From Spartobacteria bacterium (GTDB lineage: Bacteria > Verrucomicrobiota > Kiritimatiellia > RZYC01): DNA of 64,000 bases. Under the pieces are notes generated by a model. That model did not search any database. It was not told the origin of the DNA and saw only the letters and a list, made by a program, of their open reading frames with translations. How positions within the stretch are numbered: position 1 is the first letter of the stretch; each line of letters opens with the position of its first letter. The stretch lies in the NCBI GenBank assembly GCA_009929845.1, contig RZZM01000001.1, forward strand, positions 14,166 to 78,165, given 5' to 3'. The translations under genes were made by a program, and so were the position numbers. Below, in pieces: positions 29,710-39,433 of this stretch.

Positions 29710-31128
29710 ATGTCGACGGCCGCCGTACAACGTGATGCGCGAAACCGCATCCTCCTCTTCCTGCTTATGGCCGCCGCCGCGTACTTCCTCAGCGTGGCGG
29801 TCTGGGAAGTGCGGATATCCTACCTGCTCGGGGGGATCCTGTTTGCCATAGCGCTTGCGATCTCCTTTATACGCGGCACCGACGCCTTGTACCTGGTCAT
29901 TTTTGCGATGCTCTTCAGTCCGGAAATCGGCGGGTCCGGCGGACCCGCCGCGTCGGGCGAAGGGGGTGGGGGACTCGTCCTGCGCGTAGAGGACGTCCTG
30001 CTGGTGGCCACGGGGATGGGCTGGCTGCTGCGCACGGCCTATCTGGGGCGGCACTTCGGCATCCCGCGCACCCCCGTGAATTCAACCATCGGCTACTATA
30101 TCGCGGCCTCTGCCATCTGCACCCTCCTGGGGGTCATCGGCGGTTCGGTGCGCCTCGACCGCGGCTTCTTCAACAACCTGAAATACTTCGAATACTTCTT
30201 CCTTTATTTCATGATCCTCGCCCATGTGCGGGATAAGCAGGACATCAAACATATGATCATTGCCATGCTGATTGTGTTTTTCCTGGCCATGATCTACGGG
30301 TATTTCATGATGGCCGCCGGCGAGCGCGTGTCGGCGCCGTTCGATGAGGAGCCCAACACGTTCGGCGGCTATATCGTGCTGCTCTACTGCGTGGCCCTGG
30401 GCATTCTGCTTTCAATCCGGCCATCCAATATGCGTGTCATCATCGCCGCGCTGCTGGTCTTCGCCATACCGCCGTTTTTGTTCACCCTCTCGCGCACCTC
30501 CTACATGGCCATGGCGGGCGGTATCCTGGCCTTCATATTCGTCAGCAGCAAACGCTGGGTTATCCTCGGGGTGACCCTGGCCCTGTTGGCCATCATCATG
30601 GCTGGCGCCATGGTCCTGCCGAAAACCATCGAGGAACGTATCGCAGGCACGTTCAAAAAAGGCACCCAGTATCATGTGCAGGTCGCCGGTATCGATCTCG
30701 ATCCGTCCGCCTCGGCGCGCGTGCTCTCCTATAAACAGGCCGTGGATGTCTGGCTCAAGAGCCCGTTGTTCGGTCACGGGGTGACCGGCACGCACTTCAT
30801 CGACGGACAGTACATGCGGCTGCTCGCGGAAACCGGCGTCTTCGGGTTAAGCACCTTCCTGATCCTGATGCTCGTCCTTCTGCGTGAAGTCTGGCGGGTT
30901 TGCAAACGTACAAGTAACGAGCTGTGGCAGGGCGCGGCCCTGGGCTTTTTCTGCGGTATTGTTGCCATGATGGTGCATGCCATCGCCGCCAACACCTTCA
31001 TCATCGTGCGCATCGCCGAACCCTTCTGGTTACTCGCCGGCCTTGTCCTCCTCATGCCCTACCTGGAAGCCCTCCCGGACCCGGCCCCCCCCGCTGAAGT
31101 CCCCGCCTATCCGTCACAGGTTGTTTAG
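29710..31128 (+). CDS. O-antigen ligase/polymerase-like (Wzy-type) integral membrane protein
   Basis: A 472-aa protein with 10-12 TM helices and a large periplasmic loop, positioned in the EPS block. Confidence 0.55.
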   Translation: MSTAAVQRDARNRILLFLLMAAAAYFLSVAVWEVRISYLLGGILFAIALAISFIRGTDALYLVIFAMLFSPEIGGSGGPAASGEGGGGLVLRVEDVLLVATGMGWLLRTAYLGRHFGIPRTPVNSTIGYYIAASAICTLLGVIGGSVRLDRGFFNNLKYFEYFFLYFMILAHVRDKQDIKHMIIAMLIVFFLAMIYGYFMMAAGERVSAPFDEEPNTFGGYIVLLYCVALGILLSIRPSNMRVIIAALLVFAIPPFLFTLSRTSYMAMAGGILAFIFVSSKRWVILGVTLALLAIIMAGAMVLPKTIEERIAGTFKKGTQYHVQVAGIDLDPSASARVLSYKQAVDVWLKSPLFGHGVTGTHFIDGQYMRLLAETGVFGLSTFLILMLVLLREVWRVCKRTSNELWQGAALGFFCGIVAMMVHAIAANTFIIVRIAEPFWLLAGLVLLMPYLEALPDPAPPAEVPAYPSQVV

Positions 31129-31160
31129 GGGTTTAGGGGGTAGGTGGTTAGGTAGTAAAT

Positions 31161-31277
31161 CGACAAAGCTTGCGACTTATGTTGCGTGCGGCGTTATGTT
31201 GCGTGGGCATAGCGCGTAGGCATAAGTGGCTATGGGTGGAGCTTTCATGCCTTATGACGCAACATAACGCGACAAAG
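31161..31277. repeat. Imperfect hairpin structure flanked by 8-bp direct repeats (CGACAAAG)
   Basis: GCGTTATGTTGCGT (31190-31203) pairs with ACGCAACATAACGC (31258-31271). CGACAAAG occurs at both ends. Confidence 0.5.
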
Positions 31278-31303
31278 TATTGAGAATCTGGGGGTTTTCG
31301 TAA

Positions 31304-31548
31304 TTCGTGTGATTCGTGATCACTTTTCTGTCGCGAACTTTGTCGATTCTCTCTCCGCGTCCCCGCGTCTCTGCGTTAAAAAATATGCGCGCAGAGGCGC
31401 AGAGGCGCAGAGAAGGAAAGAAAAAAGGTAAAATTCTCAGGTTATTGAGAAGTTAAAAAGGCATTTTGCGGATTTTTCACCCTTTTTCCCCCTTCTCTGC
31501 GCCTCTGCGCCTCTGCGCGAGAAAAAAGTGATCACGAATCGCACGAAT
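31304..31548. repeat. Nested inverted-repeat element (MITE-like, or a structured RNA) between the Wzy-like gene and prfB
   Basis: The outer arms are ATTCGTGTGATTCGTGATCACTTTT (31304-31336) and its reverse complement (31516-31548), about 33 bp with 3 mismatches. The inner arms CGCGCAGAGGCGCAGAGGCGCAGAGAAGG (31388-31416) and 31491-31519 are a perfect 29-bp inverted repeat. The core is AT-rich and contains TTCTCA-N6-TGAGAA. Confidence 0.7.
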
Positions 31549-31740
31549 GACCTGGAGCAGCAGAGCCGCAACCAAATTCTTTTTTGCCCACAGATTTCGC
31601 AGATTTACACAGAATGCCTTGAAGAAGGGGCGGGAAATGAAAAAGGGGACAAACGGCCAATGGTTGGTTTACATTCGGGATGTTTTTGCATACAACGTGG
31701 CTTTCCCGTGTGGAATTTGCAATAGAGGAGTATAACGGAC

Positions 31741-32863
31741 ATGATTGATGAATTGAGAGAAGAGTTGAAGAGCTTTGCGGAAGGTGTCGAAGAGATGCGG
31801 GGGTATCTTTGACGTCCCAACCAAAATGATGGAAATCGCCCGCCTGGAAGAGCGGGCCACGGCGCCGGACTTCTGGAACGACCAGCACAGGGCCCGCGAG
31901 TTAATCGCGGAAACAAACAAGCTCAAGGCGGTGGTCAATCCCTTTAAAAAACTGGCCACGGCAGTCGAGGACGCGCTGCTGATGCTTGACCTGGCGGAGG
32001 AGGAGCAGGACCAGGCGTTGCGCAACACGGTGTTGAAGGATGTGCAGGAATCGCTGATATCGCTGCGGTCGGATTACGAGCGCATCGAAACACAGTCGCT
32101 GTTGAGCGGCCCGCTTGATCCCAACGGGGCATACCTGAGCCTGCACGCGGGGGCTGGCGGTACAGAATCCTGCGACTGGGCGGACATGCTGTATCGTATG
32201 TACCGGCGGTACCTGGAGAATAACGGCTACGATGTGGTGGTGCTTGATTACCAGCCGGGGGAAGAGGCGGGCATCAAAAGTGTTTCATTCAATGTCATTG
32301 GCCCGTATGCCTACGGGTACCTCAAGTCGGAGCGCGGGGTACACCGCCTGGTCCGGATCAGTCCGTTCGATTCCAATGCGCGCCGTCACACCTCGTTTGT
32401 GTCGCTGGATGTGGTGGCGGAGGTGGATGACAGCATCGAGGTGGAAATCAACGAAAACGATTTGCGGATTGACACCTTCCGCGCGAGCGGGGCGGGCGGA
32501 CAGCATGTGAATACCACCGATTCGGCGATCCGAATCACCCACATCCCCACCGGGATTGTGGTGCAGTGTCAGGCGGAACGATCACAGCACAGCAACCGGG
32601 ACAAGGCGTACAAGATGCTGCGCGCCCGGTTGTACGAATGGGAACTCGACCAGCAGAAAAAAGAAATGGAGCGTTTCTATTCGGCCAAGGGCGAAATTGC
32701 CTGGGGCAGCCAGATTCGTTCCTATGTGCTGCAGCCCTATACCATGGTGAAGGACCACCGCACAGGCGCGGAAACCGGAAATGTCGAGGCGGTGCTGGAT
32801 GGCGACCTGGATATTTTCATCGAGGCGTACCTGAAAAAGGAATGCGGACGTGAACATTCTTGA
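31741..32863 (+). CDS. prfB: Peptide chain release factor 2, expressed via a programmed +1 ribosomal frameshift
   Basis: Frame 1 reads MIDELREELKSFAEGVEEMRGYL and ends at the in-frame TGA at 31810. Frame +1 continues DVPTKMMEIAR... through the SPF and GGQ motifs (GGQHVNTTDSAIRITHIPTGIVVQCQ). Confidence 0.9.
31795..31813 (+). other. Programmed +1 frameshift site of prfB (SD-like GGGGG, then slippery CTT, then TGA C)
   Basis: The sequence is ATGCGGGGGTATCTTTGAC. GGGGGTATCTTTGAC is identical to the autoregulatory prfB frameshift site described in E. coli. Confidence 0.85.
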
Positions 32864-33644
32864 GGAAATCGTGGCGCACAAGCGCGTCGAAATTGCGGAA
32901 CGTATGAGGGCCTGTCCGCTCGATGGGATGCGCGCGCGGGCGGCCGCGGCCGCGGCCCGGCCTCCTTTTGTCGATGCGTTGCGCGCGGCGCCCATGGGGT
33001 TGATCGCCGAGGTCAAGCGCCGGTCTCCGTCCAAAGGGAGCATCCGGGAAGGCCTGGTGGCCGGTTCGCTGGCCGGGGAATATGAGGCGGCCGGGGCGCA
33101 GGCGATTTCATGCCTGATGGACAACCGGTATTTCGGCGGCGGCGAGGCTGATTTCCGCGAGGTGCGCGCCGCGGTCCACCTCCCGATGCTCTACAAGGAG
33201 TTTGTGGTTGAGCCCTGGCAGGTCTGGCACGCGGTCGCGCTGGGCGCGTCGGCGGTTCTCCTGATCGTGGCCGCGTTGGACAAGGACGCCCTGCTGATGT
33301 TGATGGATACCTGCCGTGAGGCCGGCATAGAGACGCTTGTGGAAGTCCATAACGTAGATGAAATGAAGGTCGCCGCCGCGCTGGGCGCGGCGTGCATCGG
33401 GATCAATAACCGGGATTTGAAGACCTTTACGGTCTCGTTGGACACCACCTTGCACGTTAAGGAATATGCCCCGGAGGGATGTACGCTCATCAGCGAGAGC
33501 GGAATTCGTTCCGCCGATGATGTGGCCCGCTTGCGGGCGGGCGGGGTCCACGGCATCCTGGTGGGGGAGCATCTCCTGCGGCAGCAGGATGTGTCCGGGG
33601 GGCTGCGTGACCTGATGCGGCGGGTGTGGGGCGCGGATACATGA
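32850..33644 (+). CDS. trpC: Indole-3-glycerol phosphate synthase
   Basis: ILEEIVAHKRVEI, EVKRRSPSKG and ESGI are typical IGPS motifs. It overlaps the end of prfB by 14 bp. Confidence 0.88.
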   Translation: MNILEEIVAHKRVEIAERMRACPLDGMRARAAAAAARPPFVDALRAAPMGLIAEVKRRSPSKGSIREGLVAGSLAGEYEAAGAQAISCLMDNRYFGGGEADFREVRAAVHLPMLYKEFVVEPWQVWHAVALGASAVLLIVAALDKDALLMLMDTCREAGIETLVEVHNVDEMKVAAALGAACIGINNRDLKTFTVSLDTTLHVKEYAPEGCTLISESGIRSADDVARLRAGGVHGILVGEHLLRQQDVSGGLRDLMRRVWGADT

Positions 33645-34267
33645 ACGTCCCTGGACCCTTTGTGAAAATCTGCGGGCTGACTTCGGCGGAGGATGTCCGG
33701 GCCGTGGTGGCCTTGAAGCCGGATGCTGTCGGGTTTGTTTTCTGGGCGCCGTCCAAACGGTATGTGACCCCCCGTCAGGTGGCGGAATGGGCGGCGCTCA
33801 TTCCGTCGGATATCCTCAAGGTGGGCGTTTTTGTGGATGCCGGGCGGGATGTGATTCTGGAGACCGTGCGGCAGGCCGGCCTGGAGGTGGTGCAATTGCA
33901 CGGGGGCGAGGCGCCGGAAGCATGCGACGGATTTCCAGTACAGGTCTGGAAGGCCCTGCACCTGGACCGTGTGGATGAGCGTAGTCTGTCTGCCTATCAG
34001 GTTGACGCCTTTCTGATAGACAGCTACAGTACTGACGCTCCGGGTGGTACCGGCCGGTGTTGCGACTGGCGGGCGGTCCGGACATTTGTGGAGAAGGTTT
34101 CGACGCCGGTGTTGCTGGCGGGCGGGCTGGAGTCCGCCAATGTGCGCGAGGCCCTTGAGCAGACCCGTCCCTGGGGCGTGGATGTAAGTTCCGGTGTGGA
34201 GAAAGCGCCGGGTGTAAAAGACAGATTACTGGTGAAAGAGTTTATAGAACAATGTCGTCAAAAATAA
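33641..34267 (+). CDS. trpF: Phosphoribosylanthranilate isomerase
   Basis: VKICGLT, GFVFW and LLAGGL motifs. The start is chosen at MNVPGPF, overlapping the trpC stop. Confidence 0.82.
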   Translation: MNVPGPFVKICGLTSAEDVRAVVALKPDAVGFVFWAPSKRYVTPRQVAEWAALIPSDILKVGVFVDAGRDVILETVRQAGLEVVQLHGGEAPEACDGFPVQVWKALHLDRVDERSLSAYQVDAFLIDSYSTDAPGGTGRCCDWRAVRTFVEKVSTPVLLAGGLESANVREALEQTRPWGVDVSSGVEKAPGVKDRLLVKEFIEQCRQK

Positions 34268-35463
34268 AAATACCGGATGCGCATGGCCATTTTGGGCCGT
34301 ATGGGGGCATGTTTGTGCCTGAAACCCTGATGACTCCGCTCAATGAACTGACCGAAGAGTATGAACGAGCCAAACGCGATCCCGCTTTCCGTAAGGAGCT
34401 GGCGTACTACCTGAACGAGTATGTCGGGCGTCCCACGCCCCTGTATTATGCCGCTCGCATGTCCGAGGCATTGGGGACCGCAAAAATCTATCTCAAGCGT
34501 GAGGACCTGTGCCATACCGGGGCGCACAAGATCAATAATTGCATCGGCCAGGCGCTGCTGGCCAGGCGGATGAAAAAGAACCGTCTGATCGCCGAAACCG
34601 GGGCCGGTCAACACGGCGTGGCCACCGCGACCGTGGCGGCCATGTTCGGCATGGAGTGTACGGTGTACATGGGCAAGGTCGATATGGAACGTCAGGCCCT
34701 GAACGTCTTTCGAATGGAGCGGCTCGGGGCTACAGTGGCGCCGGTGACTGCCGGGCAGCAGACCCTCAAGGAAGCCATCAGCGAGGCTATGCGCGACTGG
34801 GTGACCAATGTACGCTCGACGCATTACATCCTGGGTTCCGTGCTGGGGTCACATCCCTATCCGATGATGGTGCGGGATTTCCAGAGCGTTATCGGACGGG
34901 AAGCGCGCAAACAATGCCTGAAAAAAGAGGGACGTTTACCGGACCGTCTCATTGCCTGTGTGGGGGGGGGCAGCAATGCCATGGGCCTTTTTTACGCATT
35001 TGTGGACGACAGGGATGTGGAGATGATCGGTGTGGAAGCCGGGGGACGAGGGATCAGGGGCGGGGAGCATGCCGCCCGTTTCGCCGGGGGGCGCCTGGGG
35101 GTTCTCCAGGGCACAAAAACGTATGTCCTGCAGGATAAGGACGGACAGATACAGCTTACACACTCGGTCAGCGCCGGACTCGACTACGCGGCGATCGGTC
35201 CTGAACACGCGCTGCTGCGCGACTTGAAGCGGGCCACATACGCGCATGTTTCCGACAAGGAAGCGGTGAAGGCGGTCAACGCCCTGTGTGCCTGGGAGGG
35301 GATTTTGCCGGCCCTTGAATCGGCGCACGCAGTGGCGTACGTCATGAAGCAGGCCAAAACGTGGAAAAAGGATGACATTGTGATCATCAATCTCTCCGGC
35401 CGGGGCGACAAGGATGTGATGCAGATTGCGGAGTGGGAACGGCAGCAGAAGGCCGGGAACTGA
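34252..35463 (+). CDS. trpB: Tryptophan synthase beta chain
   Basis: [15 protein letters not shown], the PLP-lysine region HTGAHKINN and GGGSNAMG. Confidence 0.92.
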   Translation: MSSKIKIPDAHGHFGPYGGMFVPETLMTPLNELTEEYERAKRDPAFRKELAYYLNEYVGRPTPLYYAARMSEALGTAKIYLKREDLCHTGAHKINNCIGQALLARRMKKNRLIAETGAGQHGVATATVAAMFGMECTVYMGKVDMERQALNVFRMERLGATVAPVTAGQQTLKEAISEAMRDWVTNVRSTHYILGSVLGSHPYPMMVRDFQSVIGREARKQCLKKEGRLPDRLIACVGGGSNAMGLFYAFVDDRDVEMIGVEAGGRGIRGGEHAARFAGGRLGVLQGTKTYVLQDKDGQIQLTHSVSAGLDYAAIGPEHALLRDLKRATYAHVSDKEAVKAVNALCAWEGILPALESAHAVAYVMKQAKTWKKDDIVIINLSGRGDKDVMQIAEWERQQKAGN

Positions 35464-35479
35464 TAGGACAGGAGTATTC

Positions 35480-36364
35480 ATGGGTATTCGCAGTATGACA
35501 GGATATGGACAGGCCGCGGTTTCCGCGGAGGGCGTGCGCGCTGAAATTGAGCTGAGCGCCGTCAACCGCAAACAGCTTGATGTGCGCGTTTCGCTGCCCA
35601 GGGATTTGGTGCATCTCGAACCACAGATACAGGAGGCCCTCCAGCAATTGGTTTCGCGGGGGCGGGTGAGTGTGGATGTGCGCATGACCTACTATGGTGA
35701 GCAGGGCAGGGCCACCGTTAGTGTGGACCAGGAGCTGGCGGGCGCGTATGTGCAGGGATTGCGCGCGGCCGCGAAAAAACTTGGGTTGCGGGATGACCTT
35801 GACGCATCCATGCTGCTCAAATTTCCGGATGTGGTGCGTGTGGAGCCGCGCCGCATGAACCACGATAAGGTCTGGTCGGTTGTCTCAACGGCCCTGGACA
35901 AGGCGTTGAAACGCCTGTGCCGCATGCGCGCGACCGAGGGTAAGGCCCTGCAGAAAGATTTGGAAGGCCGGATAAAGATTTTGGAATCCTACATGCGAAG
36001 TATCCGCAAGCAGGCCCCGCTGGTGGCCGCGCAATACCGCGAACAACTGCTTGGCCGCCTGGCGGACGCGGGCGTGGAGGCCCTGGTCAATGATGAACGG
36101 TTGCTCAAGGAGGTGGCCATCTTCGCCGACAGGGCGGACATCACCGAAGAGCTGACCCGGCTGGACAGCCACATGAAACAGGCGAAGGCCGTGCTGAAAG
36201 CCTCGAAACCCGGTGGTCGCACCCTGGATTTCCTCGCGCAGGAAATGTTCCGTGAAATCAACACCATCGGGTCCAAAGGCAATGACATTACGATTTTGAA
36301 CAATGTGGTCCTTTTTAAAACGGACTTGGAACGTTTCCGTGAACAGGTACAGAACGTCGAATGA
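35480..36364 (+). CDS. yicC: YicC family protein
   Basis: The N-terminus is IRSMTGYG and the C-terminus is the conserved QEMFREINTIGSKGND segment. It lies immediately upstream of gmk, as in many bacteria. Confidence 0.8.
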   Translation: MGIRSMTGYGQAAVSAEGVRAEIELSAVNRKQLDVRVSLPRDLVHLEPQIQEALQQLVSRGRVSVDVRMTYYGEQGRATVSVDQELAGAYVQGLRAAAKKLGLRDDLDASMLLKFPDVVRVEPRRMNHDKVWSVVSTALDKALKRLCRMRATEGKALQKDLEGRIKILESYMRSIRKQAPLVAAQYREQLLGRLADAGVEALVNDERLLKEVAIFADRADITEELTRLDSHMKQAKAVLKASKPGGRTLDFLAQEMFREINTIGSKGNDITILNNVVLFKTDLERFREQVQNVE

Positions 36365-36975
36365 TTGAACGCGAACATATCCCGTTGCTGTTGGTGATCT
36401 CCGCGCCTTCCGGCGCGGGCAAGACCACCCTGTGCCACAGCCTGGTCGGCGAATTTGACGAAATTATCTATTCGGTCTCCTGCACGACGCGTGCGCCGCG
36501 ACCCAGTGAAGTCGATGGCAAGAGCTATCACTTTTTGGGCAAAGAAAATTTCCTGATGCGGGTAGATCGCGGCGAATTTATTGAGTTCGCCCAGGTGTAC
36601 GAGCACATGTACGGCACATTGCGTCAGACCATCCTGGATGGCTTTGCGCGGGGCAAGCATGTGCTGATGGACCTGGATGTGCAGGGCGCCGCGCAGATTC
36701 GCGAGAAGGTGCGGCAGGCCCCCGCGGACGACCCGTTGCGCCGGGGATATTTGGACATCTTCATCGTGCCGCCCTCCATGCAGGTGCTGGAAGAACGGCT
36801 GCGCGGACGCGGGCAGGACGCGGACGATGTGATCAACCTGCGCCTATCAAGGGCACAGGCCGAGATCAGTCGTTGGCACGAATACCAATACTGCGTGGTG
36901 AACGACAACCTGGAGCGTTCCTACGGCGCCCTCCGCTCAATCTACATCGCCGAACTCCAGCGCGTCCGTCCGTGA
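36361..36975 (+). CDS. gmk: Guanylate kinase
   Basis: It has the P-loop SAPSGAGKTT, TTRAPR and a guanylate kinase fold length (204 aa). Confidence 0.9.
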   Translation: MIEREHIPLLLVISAPSGAGKTTLCHSLVGEFDEIIYSVSCTTRAPRPSEVDGKSYHFLGKENFLMRVDRGEFIEFAQVYEHMYGTLRQTILDGFARGKHVLMDLDVQGAAQIREKVRQAPADDPLRRGYLDIFIVPPSMQVLEERLRGRGQDADDVINLRLSRAQAEISRWHEYQYCVVNDNLERSYGALRSIYIAELQRVRP

Positions 36976-37131
36976 CGCGGTGGTTCGTCTGGTAGGTGAT
37001 TTGGTGGTAGCTGAAGTCTATTCGAAAAGCCCTGGCGACACATGGAACCCGAAAACCATATTTGCAGGGTGGACTTTGGCGGGAGATTCACTATACTCCG
37101 CGCACAATGAAAATCCTGGAAGGTATATAAA

Positions 37132-37678
37132 AATGTCTTTATTTGCGATATTGTCCATTATTGTCGGTTCGGTGTTGATTGTGTCGGGCCTGTGTTTGCT
37201 GCTGTTGCCACTGGCGAGTTTGCAGGCGGTGACCATGTTTCCGCGCAGCCGCTGGCCGGGGTGGGTGTTGACGGCGGTCGACCTGGCCTGGGTGGCGTAC
37301 ATTTTGCAGGATGCCTACCTGGGCCCCTGCGAGTTTCTAAAACCCTACATCTATCCAGTTGCGCCAGTGGCTTTTTTTCTGGTGATTTATTATATGGATG
37401 AGCTGCTGGCCCCCCGCGCGCTGGGCGGCTTGCTGCTGCTGGCGGGCAGTCCGGTGCTGAACGCGGCGCGATGGTATGACACCTCGTGGCGGTTGTATAT
37501 GGTGGTGCTCGCGTACCTCTGGGTGATTATGGGCATGACCCTGGTCCTCAGCCCGTTCCGTTTTCGCAAGACCATGGAGTTTGTTTTCAAGACGGATGTC
37601 CGCCGCCGGGCGTGCGCGTTTGCAGGCACGCTGGTTGGGCTCTGCGCGGTACTGCTGGCTGTCGCAAAATACCGCTAG
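37132..37678 (+). CDS. Hypothetical integral membrane protein (about 5 TM helices)
   Basis: The start is chosen at MSLFAILSIIVG. It is hydrophobic throughout and has no recognisable motif. Confidence 0.4.
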
Positions 37679-37694
37679 CGCAGAAAGGCCGGGT

Positions 37695-38618
37695 ATGGAG
37701 GCGATACCGCGATTCCTTGTGCTGCGGGGCGGGGCGATTGGGGACTTTATCCTTACGCTGCCGGTGCTGCAGGCGCTGCGCGAGCGATGGCCGACGGCGC
37801 ACATCGAGCTGATGTGTTATCCGCACATCGGGCAGCTTGTCCTGGATACCGGGCTGGTGGAGGCTATACGTTCACTCGACGAAGCCGGGATGGCGGAATT
37901 TTTTTCACTGCGTCCGGAATTCACGGAGGAACAGGTAGCCTATATTCGTTCGTTTGATATCATTATCACCTACTTGCATGATCCGGGCCATATTGTGCGT
38001 GAGAACCTGCTGCGCGCCGGTGCGCGCCAGGTCATCTATGGAACCCCGATGGTCACGGAGGGACATGCGATTGATTTCCTGCTCAAGCCGCTGGAGGAAC
38101 TGGCCCTTTATCCCGAGTGCGCCGTGCCGTGTTTGCGGCTGTCCGAATCGTCCGCGCTAGCCGGCGGCGTGTGGCTGCAAGAGCATCACCTGGCGGGGCG
38201 GGTCACCGCGATTCATCCGGGAAGCGGCAGTCCGAAGAAAAACTGGCCGGCGGAACGGTTCGGCCGGTTGGCCGAAGCGCTGTGCAGGGACGGGGGCGGC
38301 TGTTTTTTCATTTTTGGCGAGGCCGACCGGGACATTGAAGCGGCGCTATCACGTCAGTTGCCGCGGATACCCGTTTTATCGGGCGTGCCCCTTACACAGG
38401 TGGCCGCGGTCCTGGCCAACTGCGACGCCTATGTCGGGAACGACTCCGGCATCACGCACATCGCCGCGGCCCTGGGCATTCCGGTCGTGGCCCTGTTCGG
38501 ACCATCGGACCACACCACCTGGGCGCCACGCGGCGAACATGTTTGCGTGCTTCGTGATGAGCGCGGCGACCTGGCGGATGTCCCCCTGGAAGCGGTGGTG
38601 TTGAGTTTAAGTGTTTAA
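37695..38618 (+). CDS. Glycosyltransferase family 9 (ADP-heptose:LPS heptosyltransferase-like)
   Basis: The N-terminal RFLVLRGGAIGDFILTLPVLQALRERWPTAHIELM and the C-terminal GNDSGITHIAAALGIPVVALFG are hallmark GT9 regions. Confidence 0.75.
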   Translation: MEAIPRFLVLRGGAIGDFILTLPVLQALRERWPTAHIELMCYPHIGQLVLDTGLVEAIRSLDEAGMAEFFSLRPEFTEEQVAYIRSFDIIITYLHDPGHIVRENLLRAGARQVIYGTPMVTEGHAIDFLLKPLEELALYPECAVPCLRLSESSALAGGVWLQEHHLAGRVTAIHPGSGSPKKNWPAERFGRLAEALCRDGGGCFFIFGEADRDIEAALSRQLPRIPVLSGVPLTQVAAVLANCDAYVGNDSGITHIAAALGIPVVALFGPSDHTTWAPRGEHVCVLRDERGDLADVPLEAVVLSLSV

Positions 38619-38820
38619 ATTTTTTTTAGACATGATTCACAGGATGACTTTTTGAGAAGTTACAAAAAAACGACAAAAACCGTCAAAACGGCCAAAAAAT
38701 GGCCATTTTTACGGTTTTTCAGCTCAAAATGGCCATTCTAGGGCAAATTTTGCGAATTTTACACTGAAATTGGCCGTTTTTTGTGCGTTTTCGGCGCGGA
38801 ACATGCGCGACTCGCCGTGC

Positions 38821-38928
38821 GCGGCAGGCTAAAGCCTGTACAACGAGCGGCAGGCTAAAGCCTACAACGAGCGGCAGGCTAAAGCCTCTGTACAACGAGC
38901 GGCAGGCTGACGCCTGAACTGCGAACGG
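38821..38928. repeat. Tandem array (about 4 units, 24-30 bp) of the REP-like hairpin unit GCGGCAGGCTAAAGCCTGTACAACGA
   Basis: Units lie at 38821-38846, 38847-38870, 38871-38898 and 38899-38928, the last degenerate. Each carries the inverted repeat CAGGCT/AGCCTG. The array sits between convergent genes. A homologous single unit is at 13925-13956. Confidence 0.8.
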
Positions 38929-38964
38929 ACGAAGCATGTCTTTCGCTAATCGCTGTGTGAGCAG

Positions 38965-39285
38965 TTATTCCTTGGATTTGAATTTGCCTTTGATATTGGT
39001 GTTGTAGAACTGTCCCTTGGAGGGGGCGCTCATGAACGCCTTGTAGATGTCCTGGGGGACCGCCGTGTAGACATAGTCGCCGCCGGAGGTCATTTCGATC
39101 GTCAATTCCTGGGTGGCCGCGTCATATTTCACCTGGCTGATGAGGCTTGAATCCACCTTTTCGAAGTCGCTTCCGGCTTGCGCCGCCGCCGGTTTTTCGG
39201 CGGGTTTTTCAGCGGGTTTGGAGCATCCTGTCACCGCGATGGTGATGGCGACGAGTCCTGCGGTTACTACGATACGTGCTGTCAT
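38965..39285 (-). CDS. KTSC domain-containing lipoprotein
   Basis: It has a lipobox (AVTGCS), a PAEKPAEKP linker and a C-terminal KTSC-like segment (VKYDAATQELTIEMTSGGDYVYTAVPQDIYKAF). Confidence 0.55.
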   Translation of the reverse strand: MTARIVVTAGLVAITIAVTGCSKPAEKPAEKPAAAQAGSDFEKVDSSLISQVKYDAATQELTIEMTSGGDYVYTAVPQDIYKAFMSAPSKGQFYNTNIKGKFKSKE

Positions 39286-39433
39286 GTGTCTGCCTCCGGT
39301 TGATAGGTTGTATGTATTCATCATCTATGCCTGTTTCTGTATCCAGGTAAACTATATGAGTGCGGCATCAGGAATTCAAGCCTTCATATTTTTTTATCAT
39401 TGAAAATGAGCGCTGGGCTGATAGGGTCCAGGC

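Noticed and set aside
34962-34970. G9 homopolymer inside trpB (also C8 at 31085-31092 in the Wzy-like gene, C8 at 39463-39470, C7 at 5673-5679)
   Set aside because: These fall in conserved Gly/Pro codon runs such as GGGSN of TrpB, in essential or ordinary genes of a GC-rich genome. They are not credible phase-variation switches. Only the tract at the end of the PHP-like gene is mentioned, as low interest.
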